From: Phoronis australis
Taxonomy: Eukaryota; Animalia; Phoronida
Reading direction: 5' to 3'
Assembly: GCA_002633005.1 (NCBI GenBank)
Contig: NMRA01000448.1
Location: forward strand, 62,001-126,000
DNA length: 64,000 nucleotides
Below the pieces are notes generated by a model. It did not search any database, was not told the origin of the DNA, and worked only from the letters and a program-made list of their open reading frames with translations. The position numbers and the translations under genes were made by a program. Below, in pieces: positions 1 to 12,720 of this stretch (its first letter is position 1; each line of letters starts with the position of its first letter).

Positions 1-258
1 AATACAAATGGGATACCACGAATAAAAAACTGATCTGCCTTTATAATCCATCACTGGGATTTCCAAAGGTTACACGTGAGAACTAGATCTAATGAGGACA
101 TTCCGGTGTTTTTGACCGAGCACAAATTGATAATGAGCTTTAAAAGCCTCAACACCTTGTTGATCAGTTGCTATAAATGAATCCGGCCCGGTCGTTGCCT
201 AAACTCTTCTGAGCACGAAAAGACATTATGGCGAACGAGTTAACCTGGGATGTTTTGT

Positions 259-342
259 TTAGCCCGTCCATGTACACAGTGGCAACAAGAGTAACAATAG
301 ATACAGTAGCCTCGTTCCGGCCTCCAGCGCGCAGCTGCTTTC
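259..342 (-). CDS. Candidate alternative terminal exon ESSCALEAGTRLLYLLLLLLPLCTWTG* (hydrophobic tail)
   Basis: Acceptor gttttacgatttacag|GAA. The phase-0 reading gives a C-terminal hydrophobic stretch, but other frames are also open for a while. Confidence 0.3.
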   Translation of the reverse strand, partial: ESSCALEAGTRLLYLLLLLLPLCTWTG

Positions 343-926
343 CTGTAAATCGTAAAACACAATCAAGTTCCCGACTGCACTGACTTCCATATTTCGAAAG
401 TCACGTGAGTTGACTAGTTTGATAGGGTTCGCATAAAAAGGCTGTAGAGAATACGTAAAACACAGTTTCTTGATTACTTTGTTATTATTCTGCATATAAA
501 ATGTCATTTTAAGTAACCTATGAGCAGAACTCGAAAACAAATGTGCAGTCAGTATAAGGTTTCAATCAGTGCTGTGTATTTGCTACGAGTTAAAACCAGT
601 GCAGTATAAACGGCAAGTGGAGTCGTAAAAGTGTCATCGCTACCGGGCGGACATCAGCGTGAAATTGAAAGTAGAAGACAGTTATTGCGTAGAAGAACCA
701 AGTTCTGCCCTTTATGGGTACAGTTATTTGACGCCATTATTATGACCTATCATAAATCAAAATACATGGGAGCCGTCTAGTCTCTGGTAGAAACTAGTTC
801 CGGTCTATACCGAGCACGTGATGGCTCACGCGCCTACTTTCATAACAAGGTGTAACCATGCAGTGAACCCGAATGTGAAGTCTGATCTGTGGGATTAGCT
901 GACTTTCGAAATAGCCGCGCCCTATT

Positions 927-1048
927 GAAATTCACTAACCCGCAAGACGGCGAGCAGGTGGAAAGCCGTTCAACGCCACCTACAAACCCCATGTAGTGCG
1001 GATGGGAGCTTTCAAACTACTGGTATAAACAGCGTTTTAACACCTTTC
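927..1048 (+). repeat. Dispersed repeat, homologous to 53461-53633
   Basis: gaaattca..cccgcaa..cgttca(a/g)cgccacctaca..cccatgta(g/a)tgcgga(t/c)ggga..gcgttttaacac is shared by both copies. Confidence 0.8.
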
Positions 1049-1375
1049 CCGCTATTGTAATACAGGCAAATTTTCACTGATGTACAGTGTTATGTACTAA
1101 TGTCTCACGAAAAAGGCAAACATTTTGAAATATCACTGAATGAACAAAGACATCATGTTCTGTACACTTCCCACTGGGAAGAAACTATCTGCGATAAAGC
1201 CAGTGTTTACGGCTTATAAAACGAGAGATTTTCGATCCCAGCCGGTGTCATAACGCTAAAATAAATAAGTGAACTTAAATTAATCAAAAAACGGGAGGAA
1301 ATCACAGTGTAATTTATTCCTCTGATTTTTAAATTAATGGGCCACTATGTAGTAATTGAATTTCTGTCCACCAAC

Positions 1376-1514
1376 ATGGGACGCACCACTGAAAAAAGTG
1401 GGGGCTAAATCCCCCCAGCCCCCCTGTGGTGCAGCGCCTACAGACCATGGGTGGCGCAGCGCTGAAAAAAGTGGGAGCAATATCCCCCCAGCCCCCTATG
1501 TTGCGCCGCCCATG
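1376..1514. repeat. Tandem pair of about 70-bp GC-rich mini-elements; the second has 15-bp TIRs
   Basis: ctgaaaaaagtggg..tccccccagccccct occurs twice. TIRs are catgggtggcgcagc / gttgcgccgcccatg. Confidence 0.7.
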
Positions 1515-4500
1515 ACCAACTCTGACTCGGGATCAATCGAAAGCTACTTTTGTGCTCTCATTTCTCTATAGAGCGCCAATATGAAAAGTTCCCTATTGAA
1601 TATGAATTCCCGCGGTTGTACTGAATTGTGAGTACATTTGGGACATCCTGTGTATTGTTATACAGCCACGTACCTAAATCTTCATATTGGTACATGAGAA
1701 ATACAGTTTTCGTGTATGAACCCTGTCTGCTCGTGCCGTAGCTAAGATCCTGGTTATAACTGGAGATATACTAATTGTTATCCTTGGCGTACTCGTGAGT
1801 AACTTATACATGTGGGTCGTGAAAACACCTCCACCACTCAGTAACAAAACGGAAATGTAAAGGTTATAGGAATTAGGTGACCGTCAGAAATTAGTACATA
1901 TGTTAGTCAAGGGCCCAATCATTGGCGGAACTCTTTCTTACCGTTGGTTTATTGTTTGTAAAAATATTTCAATATGAGCATTTATTGTAAAACAAGGAAG
2001 CGTATCATGCATTGTGCATATAATGTGTTCTACAGAAAATTAGTCTTGTTCTATTCATCGATTATTTTGTTTTATTCCAATAACCGGTAAAATACTATAC
2101 AAATTGTGATACATAGGACCTGAAATACAGAACTCCGTAAGATAGATACACGGAAAATTAACTCAAAAGAGCATGAAATTTTGACACTGAAATTTTGTCA
2201 TAACCTTATGATAGTGATGGGATCATGTTCATCTCAAGTTCTAGCGGTTGCAACGAGGGTTGTCTTAAAACGGTCATACGCTATTTAACAGGCGACTGGC
2301 ACAAATGTAACTATTTCAATTGTCTGTGTGTACACAAAATTTTGTTTGTCTTAAACTCGGCAAGCGTATCTTTAACTATAATTGCACGACAGTGTTTTCA
2401 CAACTTCGTACAATAAGAGTCCAGGCGTTACATAAATCAAACACTCACTCAGCCATAACTTAATCGAACTAATTGGTGGTTGATATTTACCCACGCTATC
2501 CAACACAGTTCGTTCATTATTTCAAAAATCCAGACCTATTTTTCTCTTGCGTCGCTATGTGACAATCACGTGATGTGGAATCAATGATCAAGTGCGTGAT
2601 AGCATCTGTAACCAGTGAGGCAATGTTCCGAAGGTTCATTTGCTTTCTAAGTCATAGTCCATCGATTTTTCACTTAAAAAGTGTGTCTGCCATTAAAAAA
2701 TAAAACGGCTTTCGTTTCTACTTGATCGTCATTTTCTGATTTCATTGCGTTAGAAATATATGTGCAGAATCCACATTTTACGGTATTGACTGCGGGTACG
2801 TTGTAATTTTGTACCGCAGGGTGCATTGCCTAATAGCAGGCATAACAGCGACACCTTTCGATCGGTTGTTGAGCTACAAGACTGCCAGTAAATCCTTTGC
2901 TCCAACCATTAAATCGTGGGTTGCATTCCGTCGACTCAGCTGGATCAACCAGCACTCTGGTACCCGCGTTAAATAATAATCCACCACTGGTACCATGTAC
3001 GCTGACGAGAATTCTAATTAGCGGATTTTGGCGTGGTCGACTTCGACATGATAAGACCCTGGCAAATGGATGGTGTATTTTTATTCTTGGATCAGAGACC
3101 CCTGTCCGTCCATTACCCAAACGAAAATATTTCCCTTAGAAACATCAATGGTCTCCGAAGAACAGTTTTTGGAAGTCAAAAAATCCATCAGGCTTAAAAA
3201 ATGCGTAAGGGGATTTCACTTGCAGTAAACTATTGCATTAAAATGTTTTCTAGTGTAAATATATTCTGAGTAGTCTTATTGGAAAATAAGAAAGAAAATG
3301 GGATCGTTTCATATCATGAACCTGGAGGCTGTTAACTTCATTTTGAAAAACTAGCCGATTTTAAAAAATGGCTCTTATGTCCGAGGCTATTCATTTGTCA
3401 CCGATGGGATGTTTCCAGCGGTAACAGGTGATTTATACCCGAGTTCGATGCTCGCGCGTAATTCTCTGTTTTCCTTAAAGGCCTAATATGGTGCCAAAAT
3501 GACTATTTTTATATCTAAAATACGTATTTTGATGAAAAACACCAACACACGGTGTCCTAGCATACCCCACTCATTACCCCACTCATTAATTAAGTAGGCT
3601 TTTTACAATACACCAGCCCCATCAGGAACCTCATTTAGCGCCAAAAAACTTGAGATGGTGCTTGCACCAATCGAAGTCTATGACATCATCGTTACAACGA
3701 ATTTGCCTTTCACCGTGTTGCCATTGTATTGGAAACAGCCATGACTGGCAGTTTAATTTAGTGCAAAATACGTGGAAAATCGGGGAAATACATTAATTGT
3801 TCATTTCATGTCAATTCATATTAAGATTGATCAAAATCATAACCTTTAGAATTTTTTATTCAATTATTTAGCACATATTCCCGCATGGGAGTCCCCAGGA
3901 GGGTGACTGGGGTCGCCGAAACAGTCGGAAAAAACGCTTCGTCTAAATAGTTATCAGTAAATTTTCACAATGTTTATTATAAAGTGTAGTTTGCTTGATA
4001 CAAAAACTTTCATGTTAGGAGCTTTGCATTCATGTCTTCTTGAAGCCGAAGGTGTGAACGCAGCGCGATTCCAATCCGAGCCGCTGTCGAGTGTGTATCC
4101 CGTACTGGAATCGGCGACAATAGGCCGTTTAATTTGGTGCAAAATACGTGAACGTTACAACACATATTAGCTTGATCTTTTCGTACAAAGCAATTATGTT
4201 CAAGTTCATCGAAAAATTTATATTAGAAACTTAATTTTCAAAATAATTCGTCTTGAAATCATGCAAACCCGTAGTCGCCTCCATTTTGACTTGGTCAACC
4301 TCAAAATTTTGAAAACACAACGTTGCGAGTTTCTGTAATAAATTAAAACTATGAAGCAAAGTCTGGATTGCATAAAAACATACCGAATTATAAAGATATG
4401 TAATCAACTGAACGTTTTAAATTCAATCAAAAATAAATTCCGATATGGGACGCCAGTATCAGAATTCCGTTAGGCCTACGGGAACGACCCAAATCAAAAT

Positions 4501-4799
4501 ATTCCGATTTGGGCCGTATTCCCAATACGCCGGGCCGGAACAGTAACACGAAACGTCGAAGTGTGAACTGCAGATCTTAATCGTAAGCAGCAAGCTAGCT
4601 GTTTGAAGACTATCGCCAAAATACAGGTAGGTATCATTGTGAATTGAGCTCCGTTAGACCACGAAATTTCATACAGGCCGGTGTATGAGTTCTGTTAGTC
4701 ACCTCGTCGTGAAACTTATATCGCATTGCCAACGACCGACGGGGAGACAATTCCGACACTCACCTTGTCCGTTGTCAGCCGCTTAAATGAAAAACAATC

Positions 4800-5230
4800 T
4801 AATAAACGTCATTTTCTACCATAATTTTCCGCCTTTTGAGTTTTGTAACAAAGAAAGTCTGTCGCCATTTTGAAAGTAGTACACTCGTGACACGCGCACG
4901 CGCCGTCCCAAGACATCTCTTGGGACAAGATGACAGCTTCGCAGCAGCGCAGTTTGATCTAAAACTCGGTTTGCTAGTCTTAAAAATGGTAAAAACTTGT
5001 AAAGAAATCAAACCAGATCCGACAATTTGTTGTGACATGCCTACATAACCTCGTGGCAGCAAAGAACAGCTGATAGAGGAATAAACGGGGGAAAAGAAAC
5101 TGTCCAGGTCAGGTGACGTAATCGTCGAAAGCCGACTCACAAGAGAGCACTTCAATTTCAGCAGTAGATGAGCGGCAGAACGCCAATTTTTCCAACACGG
5201 CTAAATAATTTGGTTTACTCGAAGAAGAAC
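4800..5230 (+). pseudogene. Decayed THAP-like coding segment, homologous to 44390-44700 (minus)
   Basis: FYHNFP..RH..DDSF..LKLGLLVLKMVKTCKEIKPDPTICCD, with clear nucleotide similarity to the 44.4-44.7 kb copy. Confidence 0.55.
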
Positions 5231-5334
5231 TGGTAACTTTTAATGGCACTACTTTTGCGTCAGATTTTATTTAGTCATTTTTACCCACATAGGCGCAAAG
5301 CTGTAGATTTTGTGTACAGCATTGCACAGCTAGT

Positions 5335-5500
5335 CCTACGAGCACAGATCTTGCTGATCGGGAATTTTGTCGCCAGTCCTTGTCCGGCGTGGATACGAAT
5401 CTATTCCAGGCATGGCACAGGACGGGATCGGTGGGAAGTTGTTCAAATGAATGCTATTGCCGCTGACATTGCTACACCCGTACACCACCCAACGCGACAT
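5335..5500 (-). pseudogene. Decayed THAP domain
   Basis: MSRWVVYGCSNVSGNSIHLNNFP / DPVLCHAWNRFVST.DKDW / DLCS*. Confidence 0.75.
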
Positions 5501-5644
5501 TTTAGCCCAGAGATCAGTAAGTACAGAACATCTAAGAAATGGCACTCAGCCGTTACGCAGTGTGGTTTCCGAGTAATTCTTGGTCACGATGATGTCATGC
5601 GAATCACTTTACGCTGATTGGTTGAGATTTTTTCTGGGGCGCTC

Positions 5645-5830
5645 GAAGGGGCTACGAATTATAAGCGGTGTAATTTGCGTCACAATTAATTACTTTCTGT
5701 GGTATGCAAGAACCAAAAACAATATTTTTATGAACAATACATACATTTCTGGTGTCAAAAAGGTGTCTTAGCCTCTGGATGTTGTCTTGAAAGAAAATAT
5801 ATGTTGAGTCTGAGACTCTGAGACTCGACA
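5645..5830 (-). pseudogene. Fragment resembling the post-THAP region of Kolobok-type transposases
   Basis: STYIFFQDNIQRL..VC..FGSCI..INCDANYTAYNS*P. Single C>T changes restore CxxxH..SQP. A weak THAP-like remnant lies upstream at about 6570-6780. Confidence 0.5.
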
Positions 5831-7134
5831 CCATCAACTTGGTTTGTTTTGAAAATTGAAAACAATTCTCGTCCTGGTCATTGTCGGTTTCCACACACGG
5901 TCTCGTTCAGTGGAACATGAATCTCATGCAGAGGCAATTTGCCGTGTTTCAAATGATTTTTTCTAAATGTGAAGTGAACATAAATAGCACACAAAAGAGG
6001 GCAGGATGGCTAATGAGTGGCAAATTAAATTGTCTTAAAATCATTCTTTATGGACATAAAATACAACAAAGCATCAACTAATTAAATGCCCAGAGTGTTG
6101 TCAACTAAAGCCACAACAGTAGACGGATATCTGCCCAGCCGAAGCTCAGTCCTAAACATCTCAGGGACACAGTAACGGTCGACTGACTAACGATTTACAA
6201 CACAGGGTAATCAGGAAATTGCGTAGAGCAGTCTGATGCGCAACTGGATAATATCTTTCAGTGCTTAAGTATCCAATGACAAGAAAATGCTACTGGTAAG
6301 CACTAGTTTTCCACAATTCTTTCCAGAAGAAATTTTCGTTTTTACACAATATGCGATTTTACATCTTCGTAGAAGTAGAATTATATCCACATTGTTGTTT
6401 TTGTTACATTTATGTGATACTGAAAGCAGCCTCGTTTATTTTAGTGGAAAGAGAGTTCCCGTTCTGTTCCCATAACAGCTAGTGCGGCTTATCGACAAGC
6501 GTTGTAAATTTACATAGGATATTTTAAGACACGTCACGAGCAGATTTTGTCGTCTCAGTTCAGTGACCAGGGACTGTGCACTTCTCTAGCTTCGGCATAA
6601 TTATTTTGTTTGCTAGGATTTCTAGTAGCCACCTTCGCGTGCGAATACATAGATTTTGTGTTCTTAAAGCGGCTTCGAAAACATTGACAATGAAACACCA
6701 ACTGAAACTTTAACCTTCGTGATGCGAGTAAGATATATAGCAAACCACTTTTGGTCCTTCGTATTCATGCTACGTGTTTTGTATCTCAGACTCATAACAA
6801 ACAATATACATACAGAATAAATATTTTTGACTCGGTTAAAATGGCATAAATGACGAGAAAGTGTTTTTTTTTTGAGATCGCCACCAAAGCGAAGTCGAAC
6901 TTTTGGTTTCAGGTGTCGCTCCGACACTTTGCTGTCCAATGTAAAAACTAAGGCATTCAGTAAAAGAATTGACCTATTGCCAGGATTATGGCTGACGGCT
7001 TGACTGACCAATCAGAACGAAACATTCTTGACACACCTCCGTCTGCGTTTCCAAGCCGCCATTTTACCAGATAAAGTACATGGTGTCGTATAAAACTTAT
7101 TTTAGTCTATAACTCAAGAAATTGTGCGTTAAGA

Positions 7135-7375
7135 ATGGTGAAACGGTGTTGATATGGCGTGTGCAATTCCGACAGCCGTTATGCAGCTCGAGTAGAATAT
7201 TCCATCATATTTTAACATCTCCTAAGCCGAAAGGTGATGTCGAAAGGTGTTAAGTGTGGATTTAGCTCAGAACTGTGTGAACTGCCACACGAGCAGCTGA
7301 ACTTGGCAATGTTGCTTGATCGAAGTTTAAACACACTAATATATTTGTTCCAAGACACGCACTTTTCAGTTTGGT
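7135..7375 (+). pseudogene. Decayed THAP zinc-finger domain
   Basis: MVKRC*YGVCNSDSRYAARV..SPKPKGDVERC*VWI..LC.LPHEQLN..YICSK..HF across frameshifts, showing the C2CH signature with the P and W landmarks. Confidence 0.8.
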
Positions 7376-8223
7376 GGCTAACGTGTAGGCCTATCTGATT
7401 TTGACTCCTGAGTTTCACTCGTCTGGCCGTCTTTGTCTCGGTACCTACTGCTGGATCTCAGCACTAGTCTAGCGGCAGTCCCCGGAAAATGTTGTTTTTA
7501 AGGACACTTTATTTCGACCTAATGTACATCGTTTTGTTTCGTAGCAGAGGTAGGATTTTGTTATTCATATACCCGTAGGCTGGCGTTCAACTGAACTTCT
7601 CTCCAAAATTGAGCGATTCGATTGGCACAGGGAGGGCCACTGGATTCAGTTATTAAAATGGCCTTGTTCGAGCTGTTGTCACGAAAAAATAAACAGTTAG
7701 CGAGAGTTCATTTTTAAGTTGTTCAAACATGATATTTAGATTTATGAAGCGTTAAAAATGATATATTAGAGTTATTTTTGTAAATAGCCATTTTTGCCAC
7801 TACACCCTCTTTTGTAACCACACCACAGCTTAGTGATCATGCTACGTTTAAAATTAACTGGAAGCTACCTTTACGCAATGAAACTACAAAAAATGCGAAG
7901 TTCATCAGAAGGTAGGCCTAACTTAAATGTGTTAATGGTGCAAAATTTACGGCCACTGAATTTCATGCATTAAATTGAGTTGGACACAGCCTGAGACCTA
8001 CCGGAGCTAAGTGCTTGCTTAGGACAAGATGATTGTGTACTCGAACTATGAACCTGAGTTTTTTAATCAGAATATTTCGTTTGAAGATTAGAAAAGCGTA
8101 AATAATGTTATCGACTCGACCTACTTTACTTGCGGAGTCCCACCAGTTGTGACTTACTTTTCATTCGGCGGAATTAAGCAGACGACAGAATAAAAATAGC
8201 GGTGAATCTCATGAACACCCCGA

Positions 8224-8600
8224 ACATCATCACCGTTTTACATCATCGTCGCCACCACCATCATCACCATCACCACCTTTTCCTAACATCATCGCCAGCA
8301 TTGTCACGACCGCTATCGACATCGTCATCTCTCATCATAATCTTTGTTTCCATTACCATTATCGTCATCACCAGCACCTCCGCCACCATCAACATCAGAA
8401 TTTTTTATTATCGTCGTCATTACCAGCACGATTATTACCATCATCATCGCCACCTTTCAACATCATCACCCTCATCTTTCATCATCGTCGTCATTTTTCA
8501 TCATTGTCATCTTCCACCATCGTCGTCATCTTTCATCATCGTCGTCATCTTTGATCATTATCGTCAACTTTCATCACCCTCATCACCACCACTGCCGCAA
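8224..8600. repeat. Degenerate (CAT/CAC/CGT)n microsatellite
   Basis: Direct reading. Confidence 0.92.
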
Positions 8601-9659
8601 TAACTCCAGCGCTTTCATTACCACAAAGATTATCACTTAACAAACCATTCGAAGATAGAAAGATGCCTTTGATTCGCGACATATACTTACGCTAGGTACA
8701 TTTAATCATAACTTTGGCGAAATTGCACCAACTAAGCACAATTAGGCACCTGAGTCACAGAGAAATTACAGGAAAGTGTTGACTGGTTGATCAACGGCAA
8801 ATACGCTGTAACTAAGCGAACATGATGAACGTCCTTGACTTCCATGATGTCTCAAACATATTTTGTTTCAAGGGTAGGTTCCAGGTCACCCTTTTTCATT
8901 TTTCATTTTTAGTAAGTTCCTTTCGCCTATCCAAGTGCATGTACTTTAGAATAACCGCACTCGGAGGTTTACTCGTAGTGTGCGCTTAAACTGTAACGAA
9001 AATTCTCCGACCAATAACTTCCACGAGAGGATGGACTGAAGGAACTGACAAGAAATAACAACAAATTCAAAGCAACAACCGAACGAATTTCAGCGTCTGA
9101 AGAAGGACAAAACTTTCCAATTGACTTGTACATATTATGTTAGTTAGTAACACTGTGGCCGTGCCTTATAAGGTGATTTTTGTTAAAAGAAGAGAACCCC
9201 ATAACCAAGGTAGGATGTAGATTTGCGTGATACACACTTTGTTTGTTGATATGTTTACGAACAGCTTGAAACGACATGTACAAAGCTGTCGAATAGTCTA
9301 TCGGTCATCGAAAGCAACACGGCCAGCAGTCATAAGTATGTCATCTGATGAGATCACTTCATTTTAGTAATACTTCAAGCAGTCACAAAGTCAGTTTAAT
9401 GCACATACGAACAAAGTGGTAGTATCTATCCAAAATCATCTGCCGCGTTACCGAGAAGACGATCGCCTGCGCCACACTTCCTGCTCTGGGATGCGCACGC
9501 AGACTACTCGCATGAAAATTGTTAGCAACAAGTTACACATCAGCTGAAACACTTTACTTGGTGCTGCACAGCTGAACAGTCTGCTAAGAGACTGGGATGT
9601 ATGAAAAAATACCATTGCGCCTAGTAGAATAGACTGCGCTTAAACGGGCGAAACGGTGT

Positions 9660-9698
9660 TCAAATTACTGTTACGGCAATTTGCCGAGTGCACCCTTT
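9660..9698 (-). CDS. Candidate terminal exon KGCTRQIAVTVI*
   Basis: Strong polypyrimidine acceptor tttctttgtttttatacag|AAA. Phase 0 matches the 10654 donor. Confidence 0.45.
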   Translation of the reverse strand, partial: KGCTRQIAVTVI

Positions 9699-10653
9699 CT
9701 GTATAAAAACAAAGAAATACTATCTGCACAGATTTGTGTGTTCATTTGCTTCTTTATGATCGATTCAATATCAGCTCAACCGGCCAAATGCCTTCGGCGC
9801 AGTTTTTGAAGACACGGATGTGGTCTGATCATTTTACGGCTAATCGAATCACTAGAAGAAAGGCCACAAGGCAGATGTTTTATATTATTGTGAACGGATT
9901 AAAAAGCAAGCAGAGGAACAGAACATAAAGGCGTGCGTGCTTAAAGTTCACCAGGGAAGCATTACAGTACCACTGAGATACAGTTTTAGAATAGTTCTCA
10001 GCAAAACTATTATATGTGTTTTTTTGTATTTTAACTGTAAGCTGTAATTATTTTGAAATTAAATTTGTAATATCATCAGCTTCAGAACTCATTTTTACAA
10101 GATGTTAACGAAAATGTACAGGTGACCACGACAAGCTTCTTGCACGGCACCCATGTTGTCACCCGCTCTTACGGTGCTTGTTATACAAGTAAGGAGTAAC
10201 GAATTCTGAAATGGATTCACCTTAAACTACATGTCGGAACCCTAGACCACCTATTGCCTAATATTCGTTAATCCTTCCTCCTAATTATGTTTTTTCAGTT
10301 TAAGTTCATACCGGTAATACTCCCACGCAAATATGAGGTGATCGATGGACAATAAAACTTATGGCTCGGTTTGAATTGCATGAAGTCAACAGATCACATT
10401 TGGAAGACATCTTATGTGAGTCCACTCGCAGAAGATAATTCAGTTAGTGGAATAATTAGCAGGCAACTGCAATGCCTTTCATGCAGGAGCTATGTCGTCC
10501 CTCAGGTAGCGTTGTATCGATGTATTTATTAACGTTGTGGGAGCCATCAATCTCAAAATCAGGGTGTTCACCTAATCGAGTCATTGCATTAGTAGGAGCG
10601 TCAATCGATTGTAGCACGATCTTCAAGGAAGTGCACAAAAGTAAATTTCTTAC

Positions 10654-10703
10654 CTTTTTCTGTAAATTTTCTGCTTTTCTTGACTGTTCCATTAGACTTG
10701 TAA
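10654..10703 (-). CDS. 50-nt internal exon (V)TSLMEQSRKAENLQKK, phase 1 to phase 0
   Basis: Acceptor gattttccag|TT and donor AAG|gtaaga. Phase is compatible with all upstream phase-1 donors. Confidence 0.65.
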
Positions 10704-11664
10704 CTGGAAAATCACGAAGAAAAATGCACTGGATGTAATCTGATCAAAATTATATTTTATAGTGGCCATCTGCATTTAATTAACCACGCAAAGTTAACGA
10801 ACATGAAACCTATTAATCGATGTTACAGCGTCCAGCGACACCGTCCGGCAGAAATACCTCGCGCATGTGTTACGTTTACGAGAGAGTTGTGCCTCCTGTG
10901 CGTACAGATAACTACTAGTGGGGGAGTGCTGATTTCTAAACGCTCCTTGCCGTCCTCAAGACGTCTCCTGTATCGCCTCATTGCCGCCCATTTGACAAAA
11001 AATCATGATTTGTAACACAACTGTGTTGGAAAAGTGAAAAAGTGTTGCGTGGGTTTAACATAATTCCGTCATTTACTTCGTACAACCCAACACTAGTGCG
11101 TTGTCTTCCTTACCGGTCAGATTATCTCCACATGGAACTACCTGCCGTATGCTCCGGTGAAAAAATCATGAATATATTTATAATATCGGGCATAAAAACC
11201 AATGCTGAGCCACTATTTCTGGCTTCGATAAACTATTCTGCTTCCCCATCTCGAAATTGCCCCTGTGTCAGAACTATCTTTAATATGACATGTCGTATGA
11301 GATGTAAGTTATAATTATGATTTTGCTATCAGACCCCCAGCACTCTCAGGATCTGTGTTTTTCACTCGTTAGTTACCAAGAGACACTATACATAGTGGTG
11401 TACATGTGCACAAAGAAAGAGTTCCCTCGAAGAGTCGGTGCACACCTGTCGAAAATGTTTACGGCTATCCGCCGAGCATCATGGCGCGTGGTCTCTCGTA
11501 CAAATAGCAGTCCGATGTGGTGTCTAAAACACTTAAATTGGACCGAGGTTGGTCAGTTTTCTTATTGCCCTTACTAACCATTGCTCTGTACCTTGAAAAG
11601 GAGTAACAGTAAGTAATGCAAATCAGGCTGGCAAAATATTGAATAATATTGTTGCGTCAGTCAC

Positions 11665-11992
11665 CTTTTTGAACGTTGAACTTCAAACTTAGAAAACCTT
11701 TGTTCTTTCCAGAAACCAGTAACAGATGCTGGTTCCTATGTTCTTGGTACCAATAGCTGCGCAAGCTGTTAGCAAAGAAGAACGTTGAATTAGGTGGGTA
11801 CAAAATGTTTACAAAGCCTGAATAATGTAGGGGACTCCGGATTTTTATCGTTTGGTACCCGCGGTAGACTATAATCTTCCTGTGGTTACGCGAAGATGCT
11901 TTCGTCAATTCTGGTTGGTGGATTTCGACTTGGTCGACTTCGGTATTGTTGGACCGCTGCGATTGGAAAATGTATTTCTTTTGTAGAATCAT
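11665..11992 (-). CDS. Candidate alternative first coding exon MILQKKYIFQSQRSNN..KFNVQK-G
   Basis: 109 open codons ending at AAAG|gtgact (phase 1, weaker donor). Confidence 0.35.
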
Positions 11993-12626
11993 AATCTTTC
12001 TAGTCCAGAAACGAAATGAAAATAGTACAAACAATATGTCTTAGAAAATATCACTGGTTTCATCTAAAACAGCGTAGGCCTATTGGTTTGAGTAGCCTTT
12101 GGTTGAAATATTCCAAACATTTCTCACACTAAAGGACCTTTCACAAGGACACAAAGTTTCTTGAAATTCGTCTCCAAAGCCTTGCCGAATATAACTTCTG
12201 CACAGTCAAGAACGTTTCAAGGACTAAGGTGACGTTCACACTTCAAAAATGCCTGGTGGAGTGATGAAAACACCTTACACTCACTACGTTGAGACGGTAC
12301 GTGTACATGTAGGTCAGCAGCCTAAAACTACATTTTAGTCCTTTTCACTCTCGGACCCCGCTCAGTTTTGATGCAAAATATTTCCTTTCTACAAATGAAG
12401 AAAAATAAATCTTTTTGTCGGATTGCATATAAAGTGTTTTGACTCGCGCACGTTTTGCGATAGGTCGTGCAAGGAGCTACTTTTCCCGACTAAAAGCAGT
12501 CTACTCGTAGAACCTTTGTAAGTGGTTTTGATAAATTTCGGGTAAACGGGTTTTCAAGCCAAAAATATAAAATGTGGTTCTGGTCATATTGAGACTGCTC
12601 GCTGACTAAAAGAAAAACCTGCTCAC

Positions 12627-12720
12627 CAGCATCAATTCCAGACACGGAGTTCTGTTTCTTTTTTGTTTCTTTAAAAGTTATGCACGTAGGTAAGGGCAAG
12701 CAAGGCGTGAAACGCGCCAT
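12627..12720 (-). CDS. Candidate alternative first exon MARFTPCLPLPTCITFKETKKKQNSVSGIDA-G
   Basis: gtcATGG context and donor GCTG|gtgagc in phase 1. Confidence 0.45.

Larger units (their letters stand above)
3479..7810. mobile_element. Composite or nested Kolobok-like non-autonomous transposon region containing several THAP remnants
   Basis: Starts TTAA|AG at 3475-3480. Imperfect inverted ends (ggtgccaaaatgactattt vs aaatagccatttttgccact). Internal CCAAT and GCCATTTT motifs and decayed THAP/transposase frames. Boundaries uncertain. Confidence 0.5.

Noticed and set aside
8202-8640. His/Ser/Ile-rich ORFs
   Set aside because: Derived from the degenerate (CAT)n repeat.
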